The translations under genes were made by a program, and so were the position numbers. A stretch of 64,000 nucleotides of DNA from Takakia lepidozioides. Taxonomy: Eukaryota > Plantae > Bryophyta. Numbering within the stretch: position 1 is the first letter of the stretch; each line of letters starts with the position of its first letter. The stretch lies in the NCBI GenBank assembly GCA_030704615.1, contig CM060733.1:59210001-59274000 (forward strand), given 5' to 3'. Positions 50,688-64,000 of the stretch are shown piece after piece. The notes beneath the pieces were generated by a model, which worked only from the letters and a program-made list of their open reading frames with translations, was not told where the DNA came from and did no database searches.

Positions 50688-51290
50688 ATGAAAGAGAAGG
50701 GTTGCAAGCCCGATGTTCTGGTTTTCGGCACTATTATCCATAGCCTTGGCAAGGCTGGCGATGTAGACATGGCCCTCAGTATCTTCAATGACATGCAAGA
50801 GAAAGGCTATACCACAGATAAAATTACTTGCAATATACTAATGGATACTCTTAGCAAAGCCGGTCGCATGGAAGAGGCGTGCAAAGTTCTGCACCAACTG
50901 AAGGAAACAGGGCACTTGCCTGATATCTTCACTTACGGGATTCTTGTCAATGGCTTTGGTAAGACTCTTCTGAGAAGCCCACAGTTCCAATTTGACTGAA
51001 AAACTAGATTGATCGTGGCTGTCACTTAGAAACCTGTACAGGGTTTGGGAGAGGTAGCATTAGGGTTTCTGAGCACGTTGACTCTCAGATGTGTAGGCTG
51101 CAGTTGTTATTCATCATTTCATGCTCACCATGGGATGTTAATGTCTTATGCCAACAGGAAAGGCAGGGAGATTGGAGGCTGCTTGCACAGTCCTTCAAGA
51201 TATGAAAGCAAATGGGTGTAAACCCAACATCGTCATATACAACCACACTTCCGGCTTGCTTCTCAGAGGCAGACGAAGGCGGTGAAGTCC
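50688..51290 (+). pseudogene. P-class pentatricopeptide repeat gene fragment (about 4 motifs)
   Basis: MKEKGCKPDVLVFGTIIHSLGKAG repeats. Intron 50959-51157 joins in frame to KAGRLEAACTVLQDMKANGCKPNIVIYN, then the frame degenerates. No N-terminus. Confidence 0.8.
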
Positions 51291-51727
51291 GCAGACTGCA
51301 CAATAAAATTTCGAAGTAGCAATTCGAAACTACCTTCAGGAAGGTAGTTAAAAACTATGTAGTTGAAGCTTGAAACCTGCAGTTAGCATTGATCTCACTC
51401 GGTTGGTGACTGCTTCTTTAAGACTTGGACTCTCGAAACCATCTTCATTCTATTTGTTCTAGGCAATGTTGACCTGTGTCCAACATTTTATACTCATTGC
51501 GCTGACTGTCTTGCCATGTCCACCACAGTTGTCATCTTAGTGAAAAACATGTATGCCATAAGCATCTCCAATTGTGGAAATTTGGAGCTCAATGGTGAAA
51601 GATGTATGAACGTACCTTGCAAGTCAACATGCCATAGCCAACCTTCCTGCACAGTAGTCAGTAAGTCCACTAGACACAATTAGAAGATGCTCTTTTGATT
51701 TGCCAAAACAACTGCAGTTTTATTCAT

Positions 51728-54700
51728 TCAAGTCTGGTGCCACCATGGAGGTCCAGCTTTAAATATGCGGTCTTCTCCCTCCCATGCAAGCACTGAAGCC
51801 TGCAGGCCCACTGCACACTTGGGCTCAGGGCCATGCTGTGCAATCCAATTCTCTTCAGCTGTCGTCATGCTATCACTCATAGGAGTATTATCATCTTGGG
51901 CACTCAATCCTGCTAGAAATGGGTCTATCTCTGGAGATTTCAGGCGAGCGGCGGCAGCTGGCATGTACACAGAGTCCCCAACAAGGGGTGCCCCTAGTGC
52001 AGCAAACTGGGCTCGGACCTGCAGCAGTGAGCAATGAGTGAACATTTTGACGCGTTGAAGCAATATTATGTAGAATGTCAACTGTCGTGCGGCACATCAG
52101 GTTTCAGCACAAATACTACTATTTAACAATCATGTTCCAATTTAAGACTATGGGAGATCATGCGCTCTGACATAAAGAGTACCAAAAACATATAAGTAGA
52201 ATGGCTACTTGATGACAACATAATTTTCATTGAGAAATCTGGAGGCCACATATAACCTTCTAACAGCTCTTTGTTGCCCTTTCAGAAGGTCTCTTTCTTC
52301 AGGTTGCAATAAGTTTACCTTGAATTGGTGTACCTGTGCATGAAATTACTTTGCAGGTGAAGGTTCAGAAACCTGCTCAATGGGATCAGTTTGTGGAGGA
52401 ACTGTGTAAACGAGAGATTTGTAAATTAGTTAATTGCCAGCAACCAAGATGGACACAAAATGCTGTAGTTATCCTCCATTGCACCGACTCCTCTGAAGTT
52501 GCACACAGGTGGAAGGCAACAGAAAAGATTAGGGCTTGACACCTGATGAGTGCGCCCTGTCAGAAGATGAATGGGACATTCATAAGCATGAAGACGAGGA
52601 TCCCAGCCACAATCCTCGATGCCATACTGAGCCTCTAGGGCAGAGCCTGGCCATGGCACTTGCTTGCAGTCCAAAACCTCCAGTAAACAATGGAACCAGC
52701 GCTCATAAGACTCTGTAGATGGAGCCAAACAATTTCAAGAGTAAAGACGTTTGTTTGACGACATATGATTCTAATCAACACATGGCTGCAGGAAAGAAAG
52801 AAGGGAATTGTATGACATCTACAGGGATCATAAAGAGCTTATGGGACAAAGGAAATGAGGAAAAAGCACAGGAAAGTGTGCCCCAACAAGCCTGTTGTTT
52901 TGAGATCCTTGGCTTTTAGACACAGGATACTCTCTAGCAGTTCATACGAACCTTGGCTACAGTGAAGTCTGAGGCTGTAGTTGGGGGGCTACTGGAGCCT
53001 CTTGTGGGGTTTCAGTCTACTCAATCCGAAATTGCCCTTCTGGGATAATGACAAGGTTCCAGTTCAGGGAATCGGGCGTTGGTGAGTACTTGATTGCATG
53101 GAGGGGATACTAAATAGCATGGAGTACACAACCCACACTAAGAAAATGACCTCACAAGTTGTATGCTCGGAACCTCCAATGACAAACAACGCATTTGAAG
53201 GAGTAAGGGCCAAGGCTGAGTTTTCATGCAGCAGGAGCAGAACAATGTCACGCAACAAAAGCAGACAAGGGGAAAGACAATAGAAACACGTACTTTCACT
53301 AAGAATTCGAGGTGCATAGCGGTCTGGCCGCATGAAGTGAGAGTGACGCCCGTGACTTACAGGAGCTGCTGCTAAGGCGCGATACTCTTTCTTTACTTTC
53401 CTCTCCTGAAGTCATGGCAATAGAGGATGACGAAGAAAGTTGGATCAATGCACCAACCCTGTACAAACCTGGTATGCATTCCTTTAACTCAATCAATACT
53501 GACATGGAAAAGGTGGAAATGTTCAATGGACTAGCAATACGGTTGGACTCCTGAGTCCAGAGCATCACTACAAAGAGATGACTGTAAAGAGTGATAACTC
53601 ACACATTGGTGATTGCCTAGATCGACCTCCAGATAGTCAAAACCAAGAATCTCTCTTCCTGGCAGAAAAATTAAAGAATGTGATACAGACCCGCAGCAGC
53701 TTATGAAAGTGTGAAGAGAATTGTCTTGTCTTCGCAAATACAACACTGCAAATAGAGCAAAGGAAAACGTTTGTCTCAGCTTCTGTCCACCAAAGAGCTG
53801 ATTACAATACTTACAATTATGGCCATGATACCAAGGAGGGCCTCAAACTTAATGACCTAATCCAACCAATCAATGAGGTTCCAATGTCACTGATTGACAT
53901 GGTGACAGACATTTGACATTTGACATCAGGCTTAGAGAAGGATGATGCAAAAACAGCACAAAAGGTACGTAGTCATCAGACACCGCTACATGTGTAACCA
54001 GGTTTCTCCAAAGCAGAAAGGGGGCGAAGGGGAAGAGGAGGAGAGCAGCATGAGGTCCCTATTTCAGGAGAAAGTTTGCTCCAGTAGTTGATGTCTTCTG
54101 AAAATGAGTTTATTCAGTTCTTAGATTGTACTCATAAGACGTAGTTTGCCGTAGCCTTGTGAGTTTATTCAGTTCTTAGAAAAAGAGGAAGGAGTTTATC
54201 ACAATCGCAGGAGGCCTAGAGGGTCACAGGACAATGTACTCAAAAGACGTTGTAAAATTTGTAACATTTTTCTGGGTTATTTTAATAAAAACAGAAAAGA
54301 AGGTAGGGAGCACACCATCCTTCAGTGCATCCATCAATCTGATGGGTGAGAATAAGAGGATGCTGGAGCCCCAATGCACGCCCGACAAACGTTGCACACA
54401 TCTCTTCCAAATTGTCCACTGTGCCACCTACCTGACATAACAAGAAACTGCACTTTGTAACTTGCAGTGTCTCTTTGACACAATCCATCTCTTAAAGACC
54501 TGAACTCCCCCCATGTCCAATTTACAGTAGACCCATCCACCCAATGTCATAATGGATTGAACTCGCAAGCACCTCCAGTGCCCTCATTGCACTATCCATT
54601 GGAGTACAGCCTCTCCAACATCAACAACTCTGAGACAGGCAGATGTTTTTTTAATCTTTTACAAAAAGGCTTTCCCGGTATTTATTTATTCCATTTGCAA

Positions 54701-57700
54701 CATCAATCAACGAAAAAAATTTGAAGTATCTCAAAAGAGAAGCAGACAAAATTGCTGAGAAAACTTTCCAAATCAAGATTCTGGAAATAATGACTGATGG
54801 AATAACAATTCACAGAAACCTGACTCACTTCCTCCCATCTGATTTGATGTGGGCCAAGAAACGTACAGTGACACCAGCAGGCTTATCGACAACCACATAT
54901 GAATCTGTCTCAGCTATAATCCTTGACAACCAGTCCACCTCATAGACCCTGTTTCCACAACAAAAATACCTCAAGACATCAACAGTCTGTGAAGGAATGA
55001 CACTTTCAAAAAAGACAATCTTATCTGAGAAGAACAAAGAGAGAGAAATTTATCATCCACACAAGGCCTTTGAAACACACAAATACAATATATATCATCG
55101 TGAGAGCCTACTAAACTCTAAACTCACACGGGACTGGTAACCGAAGATAAAATGAGGTAGTTACATTTAGGAGAAAAAGAGCTTTTAAAGATGAAAACAC
55201 AGGCATCAGGATAAGGACAATCATATGGAAGAAGAAACAATTAAAAGAGGAAGGAAACCAAAAAAAATGTTGCCTAGTCGCTTGGAGAGTCAACCCACTA
55301 TATCCTGTTATAGCAGTGACCAGCTATTATGACTCCCCACTCACTTCATCAGTTCCTGACAGAGGGTGCAATTTCTGTGTCAACAATGGCGGTCAATACA
55401 TAGTTTTAGCATTCAAATCATAGAGGAACAAGAAAAGAGAGAGAGTAGGGTGTGGGAGAAGAGTGGGAGGGTGTGGGGGCCAAGGAAAACTCTGACCACA
55501 CCATCAAATAAGACTTCAACTATGGTGCTAAACACACGGGGAATCCAATTACAGTTATAGATTACACAGATGTGTGGATTAGGATTGTCGCTGTACCAAA
55601 GAGGTTGGCTAACCTTGGAAAGCGCTTCGGATGCACATGGACTCGCAAATAAGTGCCTGCTTCAACAATTTCATGTTCACTTGCAATCCTAAATGTCTTT
55701 TGTGCCTCCCGCAATGTTTTTCCTTTCAAGGATGGGCGGATCTTCTTCAGTGATTTGCGGAAATGAGCGAACTTGTCGAAGAGCTCCAGTTGCTCAGGCG
55801 AAGCAGAGAGTGGGGGAGTGGGGCACTCCAAGGCATAATGCACAGCTCCAACCTCTATGAGATCTGCCACATACCTATTCACACAAGCTCTCATTAGACT
55901 CAATCTCTAATTATGGTTACATTGGCCCATGTGCTCTCTCCTTTTCATTGACTGTGGATAAGTTTTAGTAACACCAGTTTCTGTGTTGACTGATTCTGTC
56001 CAGAACGGAATGGTAAACAGAGAGACTCCTTAGGGTCTTCCCTAAGTGGTTAAACTAGATATAGCCTCCCTATATCTTTAGATGCCATGGCCCTTCTTCT
56101 CATATATGAGACGAACAGGCAAGAGTTGATGGAACACTTGCCTACTTCTGCAGGATGGCTACCCTAAGGTACTTGTCCAGGTTCAATCAGCACATTCAAG
56201 TGCACAGAATGCTGCTTAGTACGCACACACAGAGAGAGAGGCCAAATTGAAGAGAATGCATGGAATGCAAGTGCTTATGGCAGCCTGAAATTGACATGTG
56301 CGCATCTGGCTGGCTGAAATGACTGAAACGACCTCCCTTACCTCACTTCTCTTGGTTAAGTATGATCTGTGACAGGGATGAGATCAGTAACAATTGTCCA
56401 GGGGTTTGGTTGTGATAGATCCCGGTGAGGCCACTTCACCTTCTTTTATTGCTGAGAGTGCTACAAAGAGCAAGAGACTAAGGGACTGAGGTTTTGAGGT
56501 CATTGAAGACTTCAAATTACTCAGTCTGTATAACAGTGTTTGCACATACACAATCATTCCGATTTACTCAGCTTTGGAAAGAACTAAGAGCATGTGGTTA
56601 CCTGTTTTCTTAGACTGGCATATCTAGTCTGCATATAATTGCTACTTAGAGAACAGCCTACCCCTGGTTTTCTGATAAGAATGTGACAAGGAGAACATGG
56701 AGGGTTTGAGACTGTTTGATGGTACCGAAAGCAGGCTGTATGATATCATAAAAAAGAGGTAGACAACAGATTGTGTTTTGTGTTTCCTTGTCTGACATTC
56801 ACATGCTCTTTCTCTCTCTCTCCCTGCACTTACTTTTGGGCTGCTCACACACAGTAGATTGATGTTTGTGTGAAGGGCTTCCAAGAGGATATCTGGAAAG
56901 CCTGACCTAACTGTTTGTATCAAGGTAAGTCATACTACCGGAGTTTCTGGTCCTTTTGTCCCGCCCAAACTGGGCGCGGGGTCTATGGCCACAAGGCTAT
57001 GGCAAACAAAGTCTTATTTTGTCCATCATCTCTCCCTGCACTGCTGGATTTGGTTTGCTATTATATTGCAGGGGCTCATCAATCTTGAGGATGCCACAGT
57101 ACTGATGAAGCTTCATTCCAATTGATTTGACCAAGCAATTACCCTGCCCTCATGGTTTTTCCTTCGTGTATAGACCAGATACCTCAATTCCCTGGTAGAT
57201 ATTCAACCTTCCCTCCAAACTACTAATTCCAATCCAAATATAGCCAATGTGATCCATGGAAGGTTGCTAATCAATGCCATTTACAAGGATTCTAAACTCT
57301 CTTTCCTTGCTGGATGTCACTCTCTCTTTAGCACTTCAAGCATTGTCATGGTGAAGGAGAACTTACAGAGGGGGGAGAGTAAGGGCATGGGAAATAAGAT
57401 CGACAACGTTTCCATCCTGCTCAACCAGCATGTGCTCAATGCGAGGTGGTAGAATCTGTGGTGGGCATGGCATCAACCGTTGATATTGTATGGGCCTAGA
57501 CCATTCACCCAGATTCCCAATTAAGAGCTGCTATGAACCACATCATAAATTTGACCAACAAAAAGTGTTGATGCCATGGACCCACTCAACAATCAGCAGA
57601 TGGAAACCTTTTCTACAGTGCTTTCAGAGAGCTTGTGAAACTTTCATATCTGGTGATGTCTAGAGGCCTTGGCAGTAAGTATGGCCCGAAGTTCTTTCTC

Positions 57701-57885
57701 CCCAAATCTAGTAGTTGGGCTGGAACAACCTCAACTGTATTCCCTGCTATTCCTTGGTGTTGGGGTCTACCAGTAGCTTTGCAGGACACAGATTTACCCT
57801 CTGCTATGTCGAAACTGCTGCTCAAATTCAAACCAGCCCCACCCCCCCCAAGAGCCTTTCTTCCTCTGGCTTCCTGTTGATGCAA
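51728..57885 (-). CDS. RluA-family RNA pseudouridine synthase (plant organellar PUS6-like); exons about 57873-57617, 57495-57367, 55874-55614, 54948-54867, 54431-54316, 53745-53691, 53405-53294, 52712-52543, 52018-51728
   Basis: YQRLMPCP..PPRIEH, YLRVHVHPKRFPR, VVDKPAG, catalytic THQIDGCTEG, LLTGRTHQ|VRAQ, PLVGDSVY, GLQA. Internal phases consistent; start codon and first exon unresolved. Confidence 0.9.
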
Positions 57886-58267
57886 TATATGTTTTTCCCT
57901 CTTCTATTTTTCTCACTCTTTCAGAGCCCAGTGGCTGTTATATAGTCCCCTTCTTTCTTTTCCAAGCTAATCAAAGATAACGAAAAAGTCCATCTGCGGA
58001 GTCGTCAACGAGGGAGTACCTGGCCATTGAGGCTGTACATCTCAAAAGACACACAGCGCCCATGGGTTCAATTTCAAGCATTGATCACTTGCTGACCGCT
58101 TCTACCATTCCATTAACGGCCAAGAAGACAATGATGGCGACCTCAAACCTTGACAGTCGCAAGCATCCTTTGGCAGTGCAAGTCCGGGAAGATAGTAACC
58201 CTCCTGAGCTAGTCCACCTAGCAGGGTATGTGGGATAGAGAGAATGTACTCATGAGACGTTGTTTAC

Positions 58268-58312
58268 CGTAGCCTTGTGGCCGAGCCCAGCTTGGGCGCA
58301 AGAGAGCGAGAG

Positions 58313-58357
<45 letters not shown>

Positions 58358-60058
58358 CCCACCCATGTAAGACCAATTTCTCATGAACTGAGGCTCGGGT
58401 AGGAGCGACGATTACTTGCTGGGCAGTTTGCTTCACAGTTTCTGCATTCTCCTCCAGATGTAACGCGCGCGTCCCTTGACCAAGCTTCCCACCTCTCAGC
58501 TTTTGGAAACCTAGCAGTCCTTTAAGCTTATTTACCCTCTCCAACTTACAGATAATTGAATACGCACAGGGGCGAGCATGTATGCAATCCATGAGAGAAA
58601 GAGGGCCAACAATGTTGAGAGAAATCGAGCAAGACAATGTAGGGGCAACCATCACACGGCCTAGCATCATCGAGGGAGAAGTTAGGTTTGCTTGTACTAA
58701 CTTGCTGACAGACACTACAACATAATCCGTCGCTTTGTCACTGTAGCGACACGGGGTAGGAAATATCAGACTTGCACAGACATCTGACTTGAAACAGAGA
58801 CGATCACCAGAAGGTGGAGTCTGGTGTAGACAGCTCTTAACACTCCTACACCCATCTCAGAGAACGAGATGAGGTATTTCCGTTCTGGAATGTAGCTGAA
58901 AGCCTGAATCATCTTCGATTCAACGAAGCTTAGTCTTTTAGTCTGTGATTCTGCCTATACCAAGTCCTAGGTAATTATAGCAGCCAGCGCCATACAAATT
59001 TCACATACCCAGTGTATATGTATTCAGGAACTGCCTAGTTCAGCCCTGGCTGAGCTCATATCATTGAACACCTAATTGGAAGAGCTGTGCTTCGCTTGTC
59101 AGGTATTGTAGAGAGGCTGCTACGGGAACAGCGTTTTTTTAATGCGCGAAATTTCGACACTTTTCGATAAATTTACAAAGGAATTATGGGTTAAAATATG
59201 GCACTGTTTCGCATTACTGCCCTCCGTAATGCCACCATGTCGCTGCAATGAGGACGCCGCCTGTACAACTGTCGCACAGGGAAAGAGCCACATGCCATTT
59301 GGGTTCGTTAGATCCAGATGATCTTGCCTATCGATTTCTAGAAACCCTACCACCCTGCCACCGCAAGGAGCAAAGCCTTGGGTTCAAACTCTTCCCGCTT
59401 TCGCGAAGGGGTCGAACTATGGAGGGAACTCTCATTTAGGTTTCGCTTACCCGCCTAGTATCCGTGTCATGCACCTCCATTTAAGCAGACTTGCACCACC
59501 TCTTGCACTGGCACATGAGGCTTTGAGCAGAGTTGCTGATCTTGCACAAGATTAGTCATATTTGTCAATGGATTGTATCCATGTGACAGAGTTGTGCTAG
59601 GCTTTGCAAGATGCAGTGTCGTTGTTACTTAGAAAAAATTACCTCCTTTGTCGCTCCCACAAACCGAACAGTACATGAGTTGAGTTCGCGTAAAACTCAT
59701 CAAACATTCTTGACAGTAGCCACCGGTTCGAGATCACATGTCACAGAGTCGTTACCACTTCAACTTCCTTATAGGCCAGCCAAGAGCCAACGTGGCTCAA
59801 TTAAATGAAAAAAAAAACGCTGCTATGGAATATTTGTTTGTTATTGCCATGGACAAAAACCCACATCTGTTATCAGTCTAAAGTCATCCATTCAACAACC
59901 ATTCAGTTTTCAGTGCTACAGCAACTCTACACAAAGGCATAAATGTGTTACTACTACTGGATTTGGGCCAGAGATAGCCCTCCACCTGAGAGCTACTCAC
60001 TTCGACGAGCGATGAATCTGAGCTGAACGGTCCACCAACCTCACGAGTCAAAACCGGG
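58268..60058. repeat. Right arm of the inverted duplication
   Basis: Reverse complement of 43256-44404 and then 42717-42789; interrupted by an insertion at about 59120-59854. Confidence 0.9.
59120..59854. mobile_element. MITE-like insertion within the duplicated arm
   Basis: Absent from the partner arm (about 43390); subterminal inverted CAGCGTTTTTTT / AAAAAAACGCTG. Confidence 0.55.
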
Positions 60059-60066
60059 TCATGAGA

Positions 60067-60404
60067 TGTAGTGCCTGGGTTTTACATTCAGCAGTAAAGG
60101 GTCGATTCCTACACTTCAAGAATTTTAGTTCCATATTCTTGAGAGTTCGCCATGAAGTTACATGATGTAGATTGGTCCTTCAGGTTTAGGGAGCTATGGA
60201 ACTACTGCGTTGCAACCTGCTAAGCACGTCAGGGATTTGGGGAATTTGGTTGCAGGGAGATAATGCATGTCATGTGGAAACCTGTGAAGTTCAAGTATGT
60301 CTATGTGTTTGCAACTCTCTATGTCTTCACCTTGACCATCCCCTCAGCACTTTCAGTCTATTGGGCCTTTGGTGATCTTCTTCTGAAACATTCGAACTCG
60401 CTCG
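60067..60404 (+). pseudogene. Duplicated AUX1/LAX fragment (intron 5 end plus most of exon 6)
   Basis: Direct copy of 40021-40365, including the acceptor TTGCAG|GGAGATAATGCAT. Confidence 0.95.
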
Positions 60405-61299
60405 TACGTTGAGAGCGAACGAGAATGCAAATGTAACAGGCAGAGCAGAGCAGCACTCTCGATATCGATCACATTGCTAGGGTCAAAGCATGTTCAGGTG
60501 TCTCATTTGAGGAACTATTTCAAGGACAACAGCCCTATGTTTGACTATCATTAGGGTCATGGGATTATTTTGCGCTTATTTTGCTAGGTTTTTTAAATAG
60601 GTGTCCATCTGATAATAATGTGGGATCATTGACATATCGCGTACTGCCACGTCTACAAATGTCTCCATCGCGCAGCCAGATTTCGGCGCATTGCATGAGA
60701 TAGCGGCAATTTTTTTGCGATCCACTGCTACAGACAGTGTGCAATTTTGAAACTGTACTACGCGCCTCTTTGCAATAATGTCTTTCTCTCTATTGTGACA
60801 ACTCTTGTATGGAGTGTGAAACCCGCTCAAGTCTCGAGCGCATTGTCACGCTCCTTTCTTCGCGATGAAGTACTTGAACTTTGTTGTTGTTTCGCCTACA
60901 GTTGTTGCATTGGAAAGCATCTGCACACCCCGGTGCATTTTTGGCTCCAGCACTCTCAGTTGTCCATGGTTTGTCTCTCGAGCAGATGTGTGGTGTCTCG
61001 ATCGCATTCTCACCCGGGCCTGGTGTTTACCCCATGCGAAAGGAGGAATTCAACGTGGTTGGCATTTAGGGTTCCATAGAGTCCCTGCATTGTAACTTCT
61101 ACTTTGGAAATCTTCAGTGCTAATTTTGAGGCTTCACTGTCAGCTCCTGGGAGACATGCCAAGATACAGCCGCAGTCCAAAGGTGGTGTTTGAAACATCT
61201 CTGCATTGGTCGTACTGAGCGAGCGAAAAGTGAAGTATTTTAACCTACATATCCCTGCACGAGAGTGATGGAGACGTTCTCATTTGTCATGATTGTTTA

Positions 61300-62864
61300 A
61301 TGTCCAACCTAGAATGTCAGGAGGTACGCACTCCATTAGTGAATGGACATTTGCAAACTTCTATTCGTAACATAGTGGGTATGTTTCTCCACCGCAATGT
61401 GGATAATCGCAACCACATGCAATATATGTCATTTTGTCTGAGCCCTGAATCTGTTATTCGTCTCCACTTGCAATCTATCGGAGGGAGGTATGTGACTTTT
61501 CCCGGTGCAATGCAGATTTGCAGTGGAAATGGAAAGGGGAGAGGAAAAAACTTGAGCCCAGTACGTGGGTTTGTGCAGCCACATATCGAGAACATGGTCA
61601 CTGAATTGCTTTATGACTCATGTTTCCTTGTTCTCCTCACTCTTCGGAAAGCAGTGGTTATCTTTCACTGTCGGGTCGGCGTTCCAAATCTCAAGCCATT
61701 TCACTTTCACCTCTGGCTTCACTACGGCTGTGGACAGGCGATGAAGCTTCTCCTGCATCATTTCGGGCTTGGTGTCCACGTTCCAGTGGATCCTGACCTG
61801 ATTTAAGAACTCTGGGCCAAAAGCAGGGTAGGCTATTTTGAGTTTTTTACAAACGCGCTCATGTAGTGCCTCTTCGCCACCTACATCTCATTGTTCATAG
61901 ATTCTTCCACTCCTTTTGAGGATCGCTCCCCTGGGTCTTTTTTGGCATAGTACTCCCTTTCTCTCCAGCCTCCGCAATCTCTTGCTGAACATTCCAGTAT
62001 ACAACTTATTAGTCAACTGGTTTTATGAATGAACTAGTAGACAGAGCTAGGGAAGGAATACTTACAGCATACATGTAGTCGCAGAAAGCCTCCCTGGTCA
62101 GCTTGTACCATGTGTCGGCGGATTTGGAGGTCTCGCACTTCTTGTAAGCCTCAGCACTGATAAGGTTTTTGAAGGTGACCATTGGCATTTGGCCCACCTT
62201 CTGTATCCTGAATAGAGTGTGGACCAAATTCGTCGTCACGTGTGCACTTTCGGTTCCCCTGGAGTCCCACACAAACACTATGACTGCCTCCTTCACTAGG
62301 AAATACAAAACAGACAGAACAAATCGGAGAGTTTTGATGGCATGAAGGGTGAGCATTATACTTACTTGTTGATGTCATGCATAGCCGTCAGAAGTGCTGT
62401 GACGTTTCCTTTCGGATCCAGCACCATGGACGCCACAAGGAAGTGCCACTCCTCGTCTGTGTTGTGATATTTGTTTATGACGTTCATCCAGGTCATGAAG
62501 CGGTGATTGCCATCCCAAATATGAAACATTTTCCCGGAGAACACCTGTGTAGACAGTCTCCTCGAAATCTGGGCTTCGAACTCCTCGTTTATTTCTCGCC
62601 ATATTGGATCCCATCTTTTCACAATTGACTTGTCCACCAAGACCTCGTTTCCATTGGCATCGCACAAGGACACGTAAAACACGGGAGACCCCTCTATGTA
62701 TCCATGACTAAAATCTTGCTCCAACTTGGACACATCCCCGGTCAGGGCAGGTCGAACGATTGGCATTGATATTAGGCGGCAGAGAGGGATCATAATCTTG
62801 CCTCCAGGTACCTGCATAGACTTGATCATCTACGCGGAATTGACCTTCTGGAACGCAGTGGAAC
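61300..62864 (-). pseudogene. Spliced ParB/Srx-like domain gene, probably transposon-associated, degenerate
   Basis: VRP..DVSKLEQDF..G..VFYV..FHIWDGNHRF motif; GT-AG introns near 62365-62260 and 62066-61985; in-frame TAG just before 62829 and stops downstream. Confidence 0.55.
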
Positions 62865-63369
62865 CTAAGACGGAGAAAATTACAGTTCAGTGGGCAGATT
62901 CGCTAAGTCAAACACTTATTGTGGATTTTCCTCGCGATAGAGCCATCTACGTTGCACCATCTCTATGCGTAACCTATTTCCTACCCAAGACTATCAGGGT
63001 CTACAGTTGTCCCAAGCTTTTAGTAATTTGAGTGTCAGCACACCTCGTTCAAGCCCCTACTTTGTGCCATGGGTCCCATTTACTCATTTTGAATGGGAAC
63101 CCTTCCGTGGTATTGCATTGATAGGCCTCTTGTGGGAGACCTCATTGTGTTTAAAGTTCCACGCAGCACTCATCCCTAAGAGTTAAGGTAGGAGTGCAGC
63201 TACGGCGTGAGCCTAGCCGCATGAGCCCAGGAGCTTGGCTCACGCTTTGCCCTCTAAGCGTGAGCCCAGGGGTTTAGTGGAAGGAAGAAGCAGGCCCCAT
63301 ACCCGAGTCATCTGTTTAGAGAGGGTCCTATTGTCGTGGAAGCAGTTATAGCGCTTAAAAAAAGAGGTA

Positions 63370-64000
63370 TAGAAAGAATGGAATGGTCATTGTGAAACTA
63401 ACTGAGGTTTTCTTATTGAAGAAGAGGTGAAAAAAAAAGGTTGGGTGAGTCATCATGAATCTTACTTAGGGATTCTTGCATAAACAAGAGGCAAGAAAAG
63501 TTTGGATGCTCATTGTCAAGCTATCTGACGTTTCCAGTATTTCATCCATGGTGGATGGATGATGGATGGATGAAATATTGAAGGAGAGGTTAAAAATAAT
63601 GAGGACGGGCAAGAACAGGCCCCAAAATATGACCCCTCATTGTGAACAGGCAATGGTTTTTGTTAATGTAGATGAGGTGAAAATTAAACAGGTGGTCATC
63701 TTCAAGCTTATTTAGGCTTTGTTTGTGAAGAAGATGTGTAACAAAATGAGCGGTTTATTGTGGAACTTGTTCAGGTTTGTGTTATTGAAGATGAGGTGAA
63801 AAAAAAACACATGGTCATTGTGATTGCTTATTTAGGGTGTCTTTGTGAAGAAGAGGTAAAAAAAAACATTGAGCTATCCTTGTGAAACTTGTTTAGGATT
63901 TTGTTATTGAAGAAGAGGTGAAAAAAAAATCAGATGGTCATCATGAATGCTTATATAGGGTTTGTTTGTGAAGAAGAGGTGAAAAAAAAAGTTAAGCTCT
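63370..64000. repeat. Degenerate tandem repeat, about 62-bp subunits (about 125-bp dimer)
   Basis: GAAGAAGAGGTGAAAAAAAA recurs about every 60-65 bp up to the window end. Confidence 0.85.

Noticed and set aside
57640-57650. AT-AC (U12) intron in the pseudouridine synthase gene
   Set aside because: ATATGAAA is not the U12 donor consensus, and an in-phase GT donor exists at 57616.

Overview
This is a eukaryotic, land-plant-type window (spliced genes, AUX1/LAX, PPR; the TE set suggests a non-seed plant) and is heavily TE-populated. Host genes: an 8-exon AUX1/LAX auxin influx carrier (36331-41778 +), an RluA-family organellar RNA pseudouridine synthase (about 57885-51728 -), and a 3-exon F420-dependent NADP oxidoreductase (FNO/NpdG)-like gene (21550-18708 -). 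A PPR fragment and a decayed spliced ParB-like gene are also present. The main finding is a Ty3/Gypsy-type element at 4665-12841 (-) with Gag zinc knuckles, protease, a complete DNMT3-like cytosine methyltransferase domain, an RT/RNase H reduced to in-frame stubs, a DDE integrase and a PHD finger. Its terminal repeats are split/permuted (A-B-A...B). The outer ends match the two halves of a palindromic GACA^GC^TGTC site inside the LTR, there is a candidate 4-bp TSD, and the PBS is self-complementary. This fits integration from a 2-LTR circle. Next to it, a 5'-truncated Dualen-like LINE (about 14830-17534 +) carries a PCIF1-like adenine-methyltransferase fold, RNase H and an RLE. Its structured 3' end recurs at five other sites, one of them a tandem array. 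An inverted/mosaic duplication (42.7-44.4 kb copied to 58.3-60.1 kb, joined to an AUX1 exon copy) brackets the pseudouridine synthase gene. All calls were made by eye, with no database searches.
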